Source: Ruditapes philippinarum
Taxonomy: Eukaryota
Length of the DNA stretch: 64,000 nt
Direction of reading: 5' to 3'
NCBI RefSeq assembly: GCF_026571515.1
Contig: NW_026853488.1
Location: forward strand, 62,001-126,000
Each line of letters starts with the position of its first letter. Within the stretch, counting starts at the first letter, position 1. Positions 1-11,859 of the stretch are shown one piece after another. The notes under the pieces are model-generated. The model was not told the DNA's origin. It did not search any database and worked only from the letters and a program-made list of their open reading frames with translations. The position numbers and the translations under genes are program-made.

Positions 1-90
1 CTCAGTAACTTTAAATAAGTATACATTAATAAATGAAAAATAATAGAAACACGTATATAAATAAAACAAGTATTCCCTGAAAAAATATAC

Positions 91-864
91 CTAGCCAGTG
101 CTTGTTTACATAGGCATGATCCTGTATATGATGGTCATCATAGCAACCAAAATAGACACATGAAAGGCAGGCATGTAAACGTGCCCCATCTTCCCGGCAT
201 GTGTGACAGACACCGTGTCGCGCCTGCAATTATAAGAATAATTTGCAATTATGCATTATAATCAAGCAGATAGATAAGTTAAGAAAAGAATCTTGTTGAA
301 AAAGAATGGTTTGAATGAACTCTGATGAATTGATAAACAAAAGACATCTGTGGAAAAACTAATTGGTCTAGCATAAATTCATTACTTTAAATGAAAAAGA
401 TTAAATCAAGGTATAAAATTTATTTTAAACACCTGTTTAATAAAGTATTCAATAATTATATACAGACAGGCAGGCGAAATAATGCATGGATTTGAGACTG
501 ATTTATGCTTTAAATATTTGAACTGTGAAAATTTTTATTGGAAGGTGTGGCAACCAGGTTGCACCAGAATGAGTAAACATATTCGAACACGAAAGAAGCT
601 TAGGAAAGTTCGACGATATTTTTTTATTTAAATTCTTTCTTTAAATTATAAATTTTCATATGATTCTCTTCCGTTAAATGTGTTTTTATCATTCAGCTGT
701 TTAGCTGTCAGCTGTGTCACAAATATCACAGAATCTTTAGTCACCTTGCGACGTCTTGCATCCGCAGTTTTACAGCTTATGAAGCACGCATGTAGAATTT
801 TGTATGAGTCAGTGCCTTTTTCAGACTTTAAGGCTTGTAAATGAGGACAACCACTTAAGGTCAT
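91..864 (-). CDS. USP22: Ubiquitin carboxyl-terminal hydrolase 22 (nonstop/Ubp8 orthologue), first two coding exons 864..745 and 223..91; gene continues off the left edge
   Basis: Spliced MTLSGCPHL...KTADARRRK|ARHGVCHTCREDGARLHACLSCVYFGCYDDHHIQDHA...KHWL resembles the USP22 N-terminal ZnF-UBP domain (GCxH...ARKRK...CHxC...RLHxCLxCVxFGC...HIxxHA). GT/AG sites are in phase (AAG|gtga, ttgcag|GCG, G|gtat). Confidence 0.9.
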
Positions 865-941
865 TGCTTTCTTATTTGCCTGAAACGATTTTGTTTTCCA
901 TGTCTAAATGTGCCTTGTTTGAACATTTCTTTTTGTTGACT

Positions 942-979
942 ATGCGCATCGTATCACTGCGCAGGATTTACACTTCCGG
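942..979. promoter_or_regulatory. Candidate bidirectional promoter core between USP22 and DHRS7B
   Basis: ATGCGCAT (942-949) and CTGCGCAG (957-964) are NRF1-like half sites; ACTTCCGG (972-979) is an ETS/GABP-like site. All lie ~80-115 bp upstream of the USP22 ATG, between head-to-head genes. Confidence 0.45.
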
Positions 980-1529
980 CTACTTTCAGTTTGATAAGAT
1001 TACAAACAAGTGAAATTTACAAATTCAGTGTTTTGAAAAATATCGAGGCATGATAGCGAATTCGACTGTTGAATAAAAGAAGACTGACTGTTTGATTACA
1101 GATCTGAATCAACCTGACATTGGCAAACTAACTACTTTTTATGTAATTGTTGATTATTCATTGCACATGATGATAATGTTTCTGCTGTGTATTAATAAAT
1201 TTAAGTTTTTTTGTGTCTCAATATATTTGCTGCAGTTGCCAGCATCCTGTAGATTTTGTTTAATCTTTTGAATAACTTAATTTCATTAGTTCAGTAGAAT
1301 TTTTAATCTGCTACAATTTTTATTTGCTTGTTCAAGACAATTATTTTGTATTTATTATTACATGTATTATACATATATACATGTACAATGTACCAGTTAA
1401 ATTAGGCCTACATGTATTTAAGATGTCTAGCTTTAAATGTTTTTACTTTTCAGATCTGTTACATGTTAGTTTATATGTTTTATGTCTCTGTTATTGTCGG
1501 TAAATGGCCTATTAGCAAATGTTTCTTGT

Positions 1530-1621
1530 GTCATGTGATGAAACATGACCAGAGTAGAGGTTAAAATCCATGATCCCTGGGTTGAGAGGCTAATACCTAA
1601 ACCACTAGACCACTGCTCCCC
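1530..1621 (-). mobile_element. Degenerate tRNA-derived SINE head
   Basis: Minus strand gggagcagtggtctagtggtttagg... has an A-box-like motif; the B box is decayed. Confidence 0.4.
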
Positions 1622-2084
1622 ATAACTGTGATATTTATTTGTTGAGTATTACAAGTAACTCATTGCTCAATATATATATTTATAATTCTCCACAAGTGAC
1701 TGACTACTAAATCCCACATAATATTTTTATCAGCGATGTGAGACATTAAATAACAAATATTGGACTTGATGTATGAGATCATTTGTCACAGAGAAAATTT
1801 GACTTGCTCAACATGCTCAAGGTTGGCATGTAATGTGGTCATTTCATCATCTTATTTCCTTCTTATTTTTTTATCAATTTTTCGCGAGATTTTTGCTGGT
1901 GGTTCTGAAAGTCAAGGTTATAATTATGGGTGTTGAGAGATGGTTAGGGTTACAAATTATTGTACAATAAGGAACATAAAATTATAGTTAAGTTGTAAGA
2001 TAATTATGTATAGTTTTGTGAGTTAGATTATTTCTAGTGTGTGCAATTTTTGTTTCAGGTTGAAGTTGTGCCATTATAAGAGGT

Positions 2085-5000
2085 ATGACATTTGATTCAC
2101 TGCTGGTAGGTGCTGGAGGAACAGCAAGCTTATTATATCTAATATACTGGCTGCTGAACAACAGGAAAAAGACTGATGTAACAGGAAAGGTTGTGCTCAT
2201 TACAGGTGCCGGTTCAGGGTTAGGAAAAGGTAAGTCAAGCTTATAAATATGAAGTGTCACATGGTGAGAAAAAAATGTGCAGCCTGACCAGGACTCCTAC
2301 TGGCTGCATACACTTGATGCATACACTTTTTCTATTGAATTTAAGTGAACTGATCATTTTGTGACAGATGGAAGCAGTATGCATATTTTGAAAATGTATC
2401 TGAAGGTGTAACTCTGTTATATAAATTGTGTTTATATTTTGATTCAAAATTGTTTTCAATATTTTTTTTTTTTGCTTAATAATAAATTGTATATAAGATT
2501 AATGAAAATTGTAGCAATTAACTTGAAGAAATATTTGCTTGATTTAAGTAAATATCTGGAGAGAGAAAAAAATCCCTCGGAATGATAAAATAAAGATTAG
2601 GTGAAAATAGATGAAAAATGTGAATGTTAATAAATGTACATGTTTGTTGTTTTTTCAGCTTGTGCTGAAGTATTTTTTAAGCATGGCTGTAAGGTGATAC
2701 TTGCAGGGAGAAATGTACAACAATTACAGGAGGTTAAGTCTAGTCTTGCTGATCAACTTCCTAAGGTAACACTTAAATGTCCTTACTTAATTAACAAACA
2801 TGTACATGTGTATCTGAGTTACAATAGCTAAAACAGTTAAACATCTTGTGAAATATCAGACACCAAAATGGCCTAAGAGTTAAAAAATAACAATGGGTTA
2901 TCCAAAAGTTTTGTCAATGTCACAGTGCTTTTTTAGGAACAGTGCAGCAACTAACCACAGTCAACATTTTATGTCAGGCAGCATGCCTTCAGAGGAGCAA
3001 GTAAATTGTCCAAATTTCAACCATTAGAAACATGTGTTAAAAGTTAAATGCATGTATATTCACAATCCACATTTATGTGGAAAATGTTGCTGAATTTACT
3101 TCAGTTATCACCATATACCTACCCTGTTAAAATAGGAGTAATAGCTATTTTTGCATACTTTGACATATTTAGTTATTTAAGTGGATTGCAAGTGCCTTAT
3201 TCTACATGTAGGTTAATTGATTTATTTGTCCATTTATCAATAATGTACAATATCATACATTAGATTTTAAGTTTTCATAAAATATAGCTTGAATCTAGAG
3301 CTGTTGAGATGATGGTAGGTAATGTAAGAATATTATGTACCCATAAAGCTACATATTTACTGTATGTATTGTTTTGTTTTTAAGCACAAAAGTCATTTGG
3401 CAGTATTACAAGTTGATCTAGCAGATGTCTCTAGTCTAGAAAAGAAAGGTGATGAAGCTGTAGATATATTTGGCCATGTTGACATATTAATCAACAACGC
3501 TGGTATAAGTTATAGAGGAAGTATACAAGATACAGATATTGATGTACATATGAAAGTCATGACAGTTAATTATTTTGGACAGATAGCACTTACTAAAGGT
3601 TTGGATCTTTTTAGCACTCGTGGATAAAAGTTTTAGGATAACAACTGAATTCAGAACTTTTTAAAGCCCTTTTTAGCTTGTGTGTTTCGAAGTAAAAAAT
3701 TGAGCTTTTATGATTGCTGCAGCGTTGTCATTGTTGTTGTTGTCATCTTGGTGTTAAAGCCGTAAAGTAGCCTATTATTCAGACATTTTAAGTTTTCAAC
3801 ATGAAACTTTGCATACTTGATTATCATGACAGTGCAGTTGTCAGATAAGGGGCATAAATCTGAAAACAATATATTTTTGGAATTTTAACTTAGAAATTTT
3901 TAACAGACGAGCATTAATATCACGTAGGATGCTCTTGTTATGAGATGGGGCATATAGATTTGCCTTTGTTTGTCACACTCTTCTGCTGTCACATGATGTC
4001 TACTCGTTGATCTTCATTTTTGATACATGTAACTTTACAATGTATTAATACTTGAGTGATACTAAAAAAGGTGTTGGAGCACCACACTAAATACCAATTA
4101 TTCCGGCATATACCAGACAAGGTGCTTGAATGATTAAATGCTAAGACTTTAAGACTTCTAATTCATCTTGTCACACAGATTTATTTACAGTCATGAATGA
4201 AAAATGTAAGAATCAGCGAAAAAAGCGATATTTGTCTACTTTACCTGCTTTATAGTCATGATTTCTTCAACATTCTAGAGGTACTGCTCCAAAACTATAG
4301 TGAGTTAAATCCTTAATACTTTGCATTCAGTTTGGTCAAGGTCATCTAGGCTAAATAAGATTGTTCTAATTTACCTTTTAGAGCTTTCATTTTTTGCTCA
4401 ATTTTTTTTTTTTTTTTGAAAAAAAAAGTAGAGGTATTGCTATATTCGCGGCGGCCTTGCCGTTGCCATTCCCGTCCGCAAACTTGTACCTGGATCATAA
4501 CTTTTTTATTTCTTGGTGTATTGTCTTCATACTTGGCCACAACAACCCTTGGGACAAGACCTTTCAGTAGACCACACTAACCTTGACCTTCATCCATAAA
4601 TGACCTTGACCTTCAAGGTTAAAAGTCCAAATTTTGCTTGTTCATGCTGTTATTGGCTGTAACTTTGTTATTTTTGAATGGATTGTCTTCAAACTTGAAC
4701 ATAATAATCTTCAAGGATATCCCTTAAAAATAACCAGACAGACCTTGACCTTCACTCATAAATGACCTTGACTTTGAAGGTCAAATTATTGAAATTTTCA
4801 TTTTTTTGGCTATTATTGGCTGTAACTTTGTTATTTTTGAATGGATTGTCTTCAAACTTGAACATAATAATCTTCAAGGATAACCCTTAAAAATAACCAG
4901 ACAGACCTTGACCTTCACTCATTAATGACCTTGACTTTGAAGTTCAAATTATTGAAATTTTCATTGTTTTGGCTGTAACTGGCTGTAACTTTGCTATTAT

Positions 5001-8000
5001 TGAAGGGATCAACTTCATATTATAACAGAACATACTTAAGGACAAGACCTTGTTGTTTATCAAACACTTGGGCTCTTTAATGACCTTGACCTTGAAGGTT
5101 AAATTACTGAATTTTCTCAGATTTGATGTCCATATATATTTATTGGTATGTGTGTGTGTCTGTATATATATATATATATCATCATCATCATCATCAACAA
5201 CAACAACAACATCACGTGACACTACCACGTGACACCACATGACTCCATCATATGACACCACCACGTGATTTCAACACGTGACTCCACCACGTGACACCAA
5301 CACGTGACTTCACCACGTGACACCACCACGTGACATCCAGCACGTGACTCCACCATGTGACTCTACCACGTGACACTACCACTTGACTCCACCACGTGAC
5401 ACCACCACCACGTGACTCCAACACGTGACACCACCACCACGTGACACCACCACCACGTGACTCCTCCATGTGACACTACCACGTGACTCCACCACATGAC
5501 TCCACCACGTGACACCACCACCACGTGACTCTACCACGTGACACCACCACGTGACTCCACCATGTGACTCTACCACATGACTCTACCATGTGACTCAACC
5601 ACGTGACTTTACCACATGACTCTACCACATGACTCCACCAAGTGACTTCACCACATGACTCCACCATGTGACTCCACCAAGTGACTCTACCACGTGCCTC
5701 TACCACGTGACTCCACCACGTGACTCCACAACGTGTCTCCATCACGTGACTCCATCACGTGACTCCACCACCTGACTTCACCACGTGACTCCACCATGTG
5801 ACTCCACCACATGACTCCAGCACGTGACTCCACCATGTGACTTCACCACGTGACTCCACCACGTGCCTCTACAACGTTCCTCTACCACGTGACTCTACCA
5901 CGTGACTCCACCACGTGACTCCACCACGTGACTCCACCAAGTGACTCCACCACGTGACTCTACCACGTGACTCTATGTGACTCCACCACGTGACTCCACC
6001 ATGTGACTCTACCACATGACTCTACCACACCACGTGCCTCTACAACGTTTCCTCTACCACGTGACTCTACCACGTGACTCCACCAAGTGACTCTACCACG
6101 TGCCTCTACCACGTGACTCTACCACGTGACTCCACCACGTGACTCCACAACGTGTCTCCATCACGTGACTCCATCACGTGACTCCACCACCTGACTTCAC
6201 CACGTGACTCCATCATGTGACTCCACCACATGACTCCAGCACGTGACTCCAGCACGTGACTTCACCACGTGACTCCACCACGTGCCTCTACAACATTCCT
6301 CTACCACGTGACTCTACCACGTGACTCCACCACGTGACTCCACCACGTGACTCTACCACTTGACTCTACCATGTGACTCTACGTGACTCCACCACGTGAC
6401 TCCACCATGTGACTCTACCACGTGACTCTACCACGTGCCTCTACCACACCACGTGCCTCTACAACGTTCCTCTACCACGTGACTCCACCACCTGACTCCA
6501 CCACGTGACTCTACCACGTGATTCTACCACGTTCCTCTACCACGTGACACCACCAGGTGACTCCACAACGTGACTCCACCACCTGATTTCACCACGTGAC
6601 TCCACCACATGACTTTACCACGTTACTCCATGAAGTGATTCCACCACGTGACTCTACCACATGCCTCTACCACGTGACACCACCATGTGACTTCACCACA
6701 TGACTTCACCATGTGACTTCACCACATGACTTCACCACGTGACTCTACCACATGACTTCACCACGTGACTATACCACGTGACTACCACGTGACTCCACCA
6801 CATGACTTCACCACGTGACTCTACCATGTGACTCTACCACGTGACTCAACCACGAGACTCTACGACGTGACATCATGTGTCAACCACGTGACTCCACCAC
6901 GTGTATCTATTTATAGAATTTTCTATTTATAGAATTGCGTGTTTCTATTAATAGAATTCCGTGTTTCTATTTATAGAATTTTCTATTTATAGAATTGCGT
7001 GTTTCTATTTAAAATATATAGACAAAACTAATGTGACAAGACAGACCGATTTATTTTATAAAAAGGAAACGTTAAGATTTTGTTCAAACATTTCTTTGTT
7101 TGCTTTTAGAGAAAGTAAAAAGTCGAGCGTTGCCCCCGCCCGACGGTGGCTCTTGTTTGACTTTTATATAGTCAGTATGTACAGTCAGGGGCGCCAAAAT
7201 CTATTGTCCATATTGCCCAGGTTGTCCCGACAAGTGGCAATTTTCAAGAATATACTGTATAGATATCAAATGAGTTTAAGTTAAGAAATGCTTCAGATAA
7301 AGATGAACAAGTAACTTGAAAAAAGATTTTGCTGGCTCTGTCTATTCATAGACCACAGAAATATTTTAGTTGACCAGTATTTTTATGCCCCCGCCATGTA
7401 ATGGCCGGGGCATATAGTGTTATCCTGTTCCGTCATTCCATCCTTCCGTCATTCTGTCATTCCGTCATCATCAGTTTCGGTTCATTATCTTAGTAACGGT
7501 TGCACACATTCCACTCAAATTTGACATATGGATATGTCATAAGAAAAGACAGGTCAAGTTCGAATTTGGTCATGGTTCGATGATTTTTGGCAGAGTTATG
7601 CCCCTTTTACTTTGAAAATAATATGAAATTTCAGTTTCCGTTCATTATCTCCCCAATGGTACAACTTATTCAACTCAAACTTGACATATGGATATGTCAT
7701 GAGAAAATACAGGTCAAGTTCGAATTTGGTCATGGTTCGATGATTTTTGGCAGAGTTATGCCCCTTTTACTTTGAAAATTATATGAAATTTTCAGTTTCC
7801 ATTCATAATCTCCCCAACGGTACAACACATTCAACTCAAACTTGACATATGGATTTGTCATGAGAAAATACAGGTCAAGTTCGAATTTGGTCATGGTTTG
7901 ATGATTTTTGGCAGAGTTATGCCCCTTTAATGTAATGGCCGGGGCATATAGTGTTACCCTGTTCTGTCCTTTCGTCCTTCCGTCATTCTGTCATTCCCTC

Positions 8001-11000
8001 ATCATCAGTTTCGGTTCATTATCTTAGTAACGGTTGCACACATTCCACTCAAATTTGACATATGGATATGTCATAAGAAAAGACAGGTCAAGTTCGAATT
8101 TGGTCATGGTTTGATGATTTTTGGCAGAGTTATGCCCCTTTTACTTTGAAAATAATATGAAATTTTCAGTTTCCGTTCATTATCTCCCCAACGGTACAAC
8201 ACATTCAACTCAAACTTGACATATGGATTTGTCATGAGAAAATACAGGTCAAGTTCGAATTTGGTCATGGTTCGATGATTTTTGGCAGAGTTATGCCCCT
8301 TTTACTTTGAAAATTATATGAAATTTTCAGTTTCCGTTCATTATCTCCCCAACGGTACAACACATTCAACTCAAACTTGACATATGGATTTGTCATGAGA
8401 AAATACAGGTCAAGTTCGAATTTGGTCATGGTTTGATGATTTTTGGCAGAGTTATGCCCCTTTAATGTAATGGCCGGGGCATATAGTGTTACCCTGTTCT
8501 GTCCTTTCGTCCTTCCGTCATTCTGTCATTCCCTCATCATCAGTTTCGGTTCATTATCTTAGTAACGGTTGCACACATTCCACTCAAATTTGACATATGG
8601 ATATGTCATAAGAAAAGACAGGTCAAGTTCGAATTTGGTCATGGTTTGATGATTTTTGGCAGAGTTATGCCCCTTTTACTTTGAAAATTATATGAAATTT
8701 TCAGTTTCCGTTCATTATCTCCCCAACAGTACAACACATTCAACTCAAACTTGACATATGGATTTGTCATGAGAAAATACAGGTCAAGTTCGAATTTGGT
8801 CATGGTTCGATGATTTTTGGCAGAGTTATGCCCCTTTTACTTTGAAAATTATATGAAATTTTCAGTTTCCGTTCATTATCTCCCCAACGGTACAACACAT
8901 TCAACTCAAACTTGACATATGGATTTGTCATGAGAAAATACAGGTCAAGTTTGAATTTGGTCATGGTTTGATGATTTTTGGCAGAGTTATGCCCCTTTAA
9001 TGTAATGGCCGGGGCATATAGTGTTACCCTGTTCCGTCCTTTCGTCATTCCGTCCTTCCGTCATTCTGTCATTCCGTCATCATCAGTTTCGGTTCATTAT
9101 CCTAGTAACGGTTGCACACATTGAACTCAAATTTGACATATGGATATGTCATGAGAAAATACAGGTCATGTTCGAATTTGGTCATGGTTTGATGATTTTT
9201 GGCAGAGTTATGCCCCTTTTACTTTGAAAATAATATGAAATTTTCAGTTTCCGTTCATTATCTCCCCAACGGTATAACACATTCAACTCAAACTTGACAT
9301 ATGGATATGTCATGAGAAAATACAGGTCAAGTTCGAATTTGGTCATGGTTCGATGATTTTTGGCAGAGTTATGCCCCTTTTACTTTGAAAATAATATGAA
9401 ATTTTCAGTTTCTGTTCATTATCTCCCCAATGGTACAACACATTCAACTCAAACTTGACATATGGATATGTCAAAGGAATGCGCAGGTCAAGTTCAAATT
9501 TGGTCATGGTTCAATGATTTTTGGCAGAGTTATGCCCCTTTCACTTTGAAAATAATATGAAATTTTCAGTTTCTGTTTATTATCTCCCCAACGGTACAAC
9601 ACATTCAACTCAAATTTGACATATGGATATGTTTTTGGAATGCCCAGGCCAAGTTCGAATTTGGTCATGGTTCAATGATTTTTGGCAGAGTAATGCCCCT
9701 TTCACTTTGAAAATAATATGAAATTTACAGTTTCTGTTCATTATCTACCCAACAGTGTTACATATTCAACTCAAATTTGACATATGGATATGTCAAAGGA
9801 ATGGGCAGGTCAAGTTGGAATTTGGTCATGGTTCGATGATTTTTTGGCAGAGTTATGTCCCTTTCACTTTGAAAATAATATAGATACATCTTAGGAATAA
9901 GCAGTTAAAGTTTGAATTTGGTCGTGGTTCAATGATTTTGGACAAACTTATCTTTCCTGAATGTTGGTAAAATTTTGAACTTTCAGTTTCAGCACTGAAA
10001 TGAATGTAGTCATTATTTTGGCTACAAATATGCAATATGTTATTTTCAAAAGGTTAAGAATGAATTATTTCAGTGCCTTGAACATTGTATGAAAATGGTT
10101 TGTGTTAACATTGAAAAGTTTTAAGGGCTTTGAACTTAAAATGAAAAAAATAATTTGTGCAAACAAATTTGGAACTAAATATTATAGCATCTGAAATTTT
10201 GGCTGCATGCGGGGGCATCCGTGGCATGATGACACATTTCTAGTTTGTTTCAGCTATACTACCTCATATGCAGCAGTCAAGGTCAGGGCATATTGTGGCA
10301 GTGAGTAGTGTACAAGGGAGAATATCACAGGCATATAGATCTGCGTGTATGTATGATTTTTTTTATAAATTTTTGAGGCAGCTAAATTCTTACATACCAG
10401 TTGTATTTACAGTTTGTTTCTTCTCTAAATGCTGAATATTGTTGGAAAAGAGAGGTTTTGGGTAGTTGCATCAGCAACCCTTTACTTTTTTGGGATCATT
10501 TTGGAACTGTATATACCATCAACACCAGTGAAATTAGTTACATGTAATACAAAATCTATGCTAGTTTGATTGTGTTGGAAGCATAATTATGTAGAAACTC
10601 TAATTCTGTTCCTGGTACCAACAAGAACTGGACAATGCTCAAACTCTGCTTATCGCAAACTTATTTGGGACAGTCCAAATTTGTTCCTTATATCTCTAGT
10701 TTTATAGGGAACTAAGCCATTTGCAAAAGACTATTGACATCATTCATGTACATTTATAAAAATTATATACACATGAATGGTAGCATTTAGTAACAGGGGT
10801 TTTATTGGAGAAGGACAGTAAGAGCTTTTCAACGAATGAAATCAATGCAAATTTATTTTAATGCATGGTGTTTTTTTGAAAAGTCATTTGTTGCCATGAG
10901 TGCCAATATATTAATGTATAAAATTTGTATTATATTAGATGCTGTATCCAAGCATGCTATTCAGGCATATTTTGACTGTTTACGAGCAGAGATGTCATCA

Positions 11001-11859
11001 AGTGGTATACATGTATGTGTAGTTAGTCCAGGCTATATACAGACCAATCTTTCCAGGAACGCTGTCTGTGCTGATGGGTCAAATTATGGAGGTAATTTCT
11101 TTATCTAGATAAAACAACACCTTAAATGGAAGTTTCTTAAATAAGTGATTGCTTGTAACTTGTGTAGATACTGCACGTTTTTTAAGGTGGTTTGTATTGG
11201 AAGATTGTGATGTTTATATAAACTATATACAAGACTGAAGTCAATTTATGAAGTTATTTCAGATTTTTTCTCTTATAAAAGAAGTTTGCTCTATTATACA
11301 TGTAAATTCATTATTTGCTTAGTGGCTCAGGTTATATATACAAATAACTGTTTGTATAGGACCATATAACCTGTCAGAAATCTTTAGAACTAATAATATG
11401 AAATCATAGAAAGTCGAAACGTTTATAACTAATTATAAAATTTCATCTTTGATTTCTGTTTTGTTAAAATTTGCTTAATTTCCAGAGATATAAATTTCTT
11501 AAGTTAATGTTATGAGTTTTATTGTTTACACCTCTTTTATCCCCTGTATTTGTAGCTTTAGCATAACTATACAAAGAATAGAGAGAGCTACAATGTATTT
11601 CATTAAAATATTTTATAATGTTTAATTAAATTTGTGTACAATTTTAGTTTTAGACAAGACAACAGCAGAAGGTTTACCACCAGAGAAAGTGGCATCTCTT
11701 ATACTGAAGGCAGTGGAGTCACATCAGCCAGAAATTATTCCAGCTAAATTTATCTACAGACTGGTTATTATTCTTAGAGCCTTGTTTCCTAGACTGGTTT
11801 TCTGGATTTTGGCCAAAAGAGCTAAGAAACAAAGGAAAGACTATATAAAAAGTACATAA
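2085..11859 (+). CDS. DHRS7B: Dehydrogenase/reductase SDR family member 7B; exons 2085-2229, 2659-2765, 3385-3598, 10254-10346, 10939-11091, 11648-11859
   Basis: N-terminal hydrophobic anchor, TGAGSGLG Rossmann motif, NNAG, VNYFG, SSVQGR, catalytic Y-A-V-S-K (Y split across an intron), [26 protein letters not shown] and LDKTTAEG typical of DHRS7B. All junctions are GT-AG and phase-compatible. Acceptor at 2057-2058 implies an upstream non-coding exon. Confidence 0.92.
3670..3939 (+). mobile_element. Degenerate short HINE-like non-autonomous element
   Basis: TTTTTAGCT head, (GTT/GTC)n tract, one decayed core unit and a 3' end ...gatgctcttgtt, the same layout as the neighbouring element. Confidence 0.4.
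5212..6903. repeat. 13-bp minisatellite (CCACGTGACTCCA/CCACGTGACTCTA)n, ~1.7 kb
   Basis: Tandem array directly visible, preceded by (TG)n/(TA)n/(ATC)n/(AAC)n microsatellites. It contains a ~419 bp higher-order duplication (acgtgtctccatcacgtg at 5731 and 6150). Confidence 0.97.
6901..7010. repeat. Short tandem repeat of near-palindromic TTCTATTTATAGAA units (60 bp period)
   Basis: Lines 6901 and 6961 are near-identical. Confidence 0.8.
7379..10245 (+). mobile_element. HINE/Helentron-like (pearl/DTC84-type) element with ~161 bp tandem array and ~535 bp higher-order repeats
   Basis: Subterminal inverted repeats ATGCCCCCGC (~7385) and GCGGGGGCAT (~10209), 5' hairpin, (TCCGTCAT)-like microsatellite, 160-161 bp units (cgaatttggtcatgg at 7561, 7721, 7882), 3' end gacacatttctagtt, T-rich target. 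Confidence 0.85.

Larger units (their letters stand above)
4390..7158 (+). mobile_element. HINE/Helentron-like non-autonomous element with ~163 bp internal repeats, hosting the E-box minisatellite
   Basis: 5' ttttgctc + T-run/A-run hairpin, (GCCGTT)-like tract, ~163 bp units (gaccttgaccttc at 4741 and 4904), 3' end aaagtcgagcg...ggctcttgtt at ~7120-7158. Confidence 0.6.

Noticed and set aside
4944-5745. ORFs with VTWWSH/SRGGG repeats
   Set aside because: Translations of the 13-bp minisatellite; the unit is not a multiple of 3, and the ORFs are antisense and intronic.
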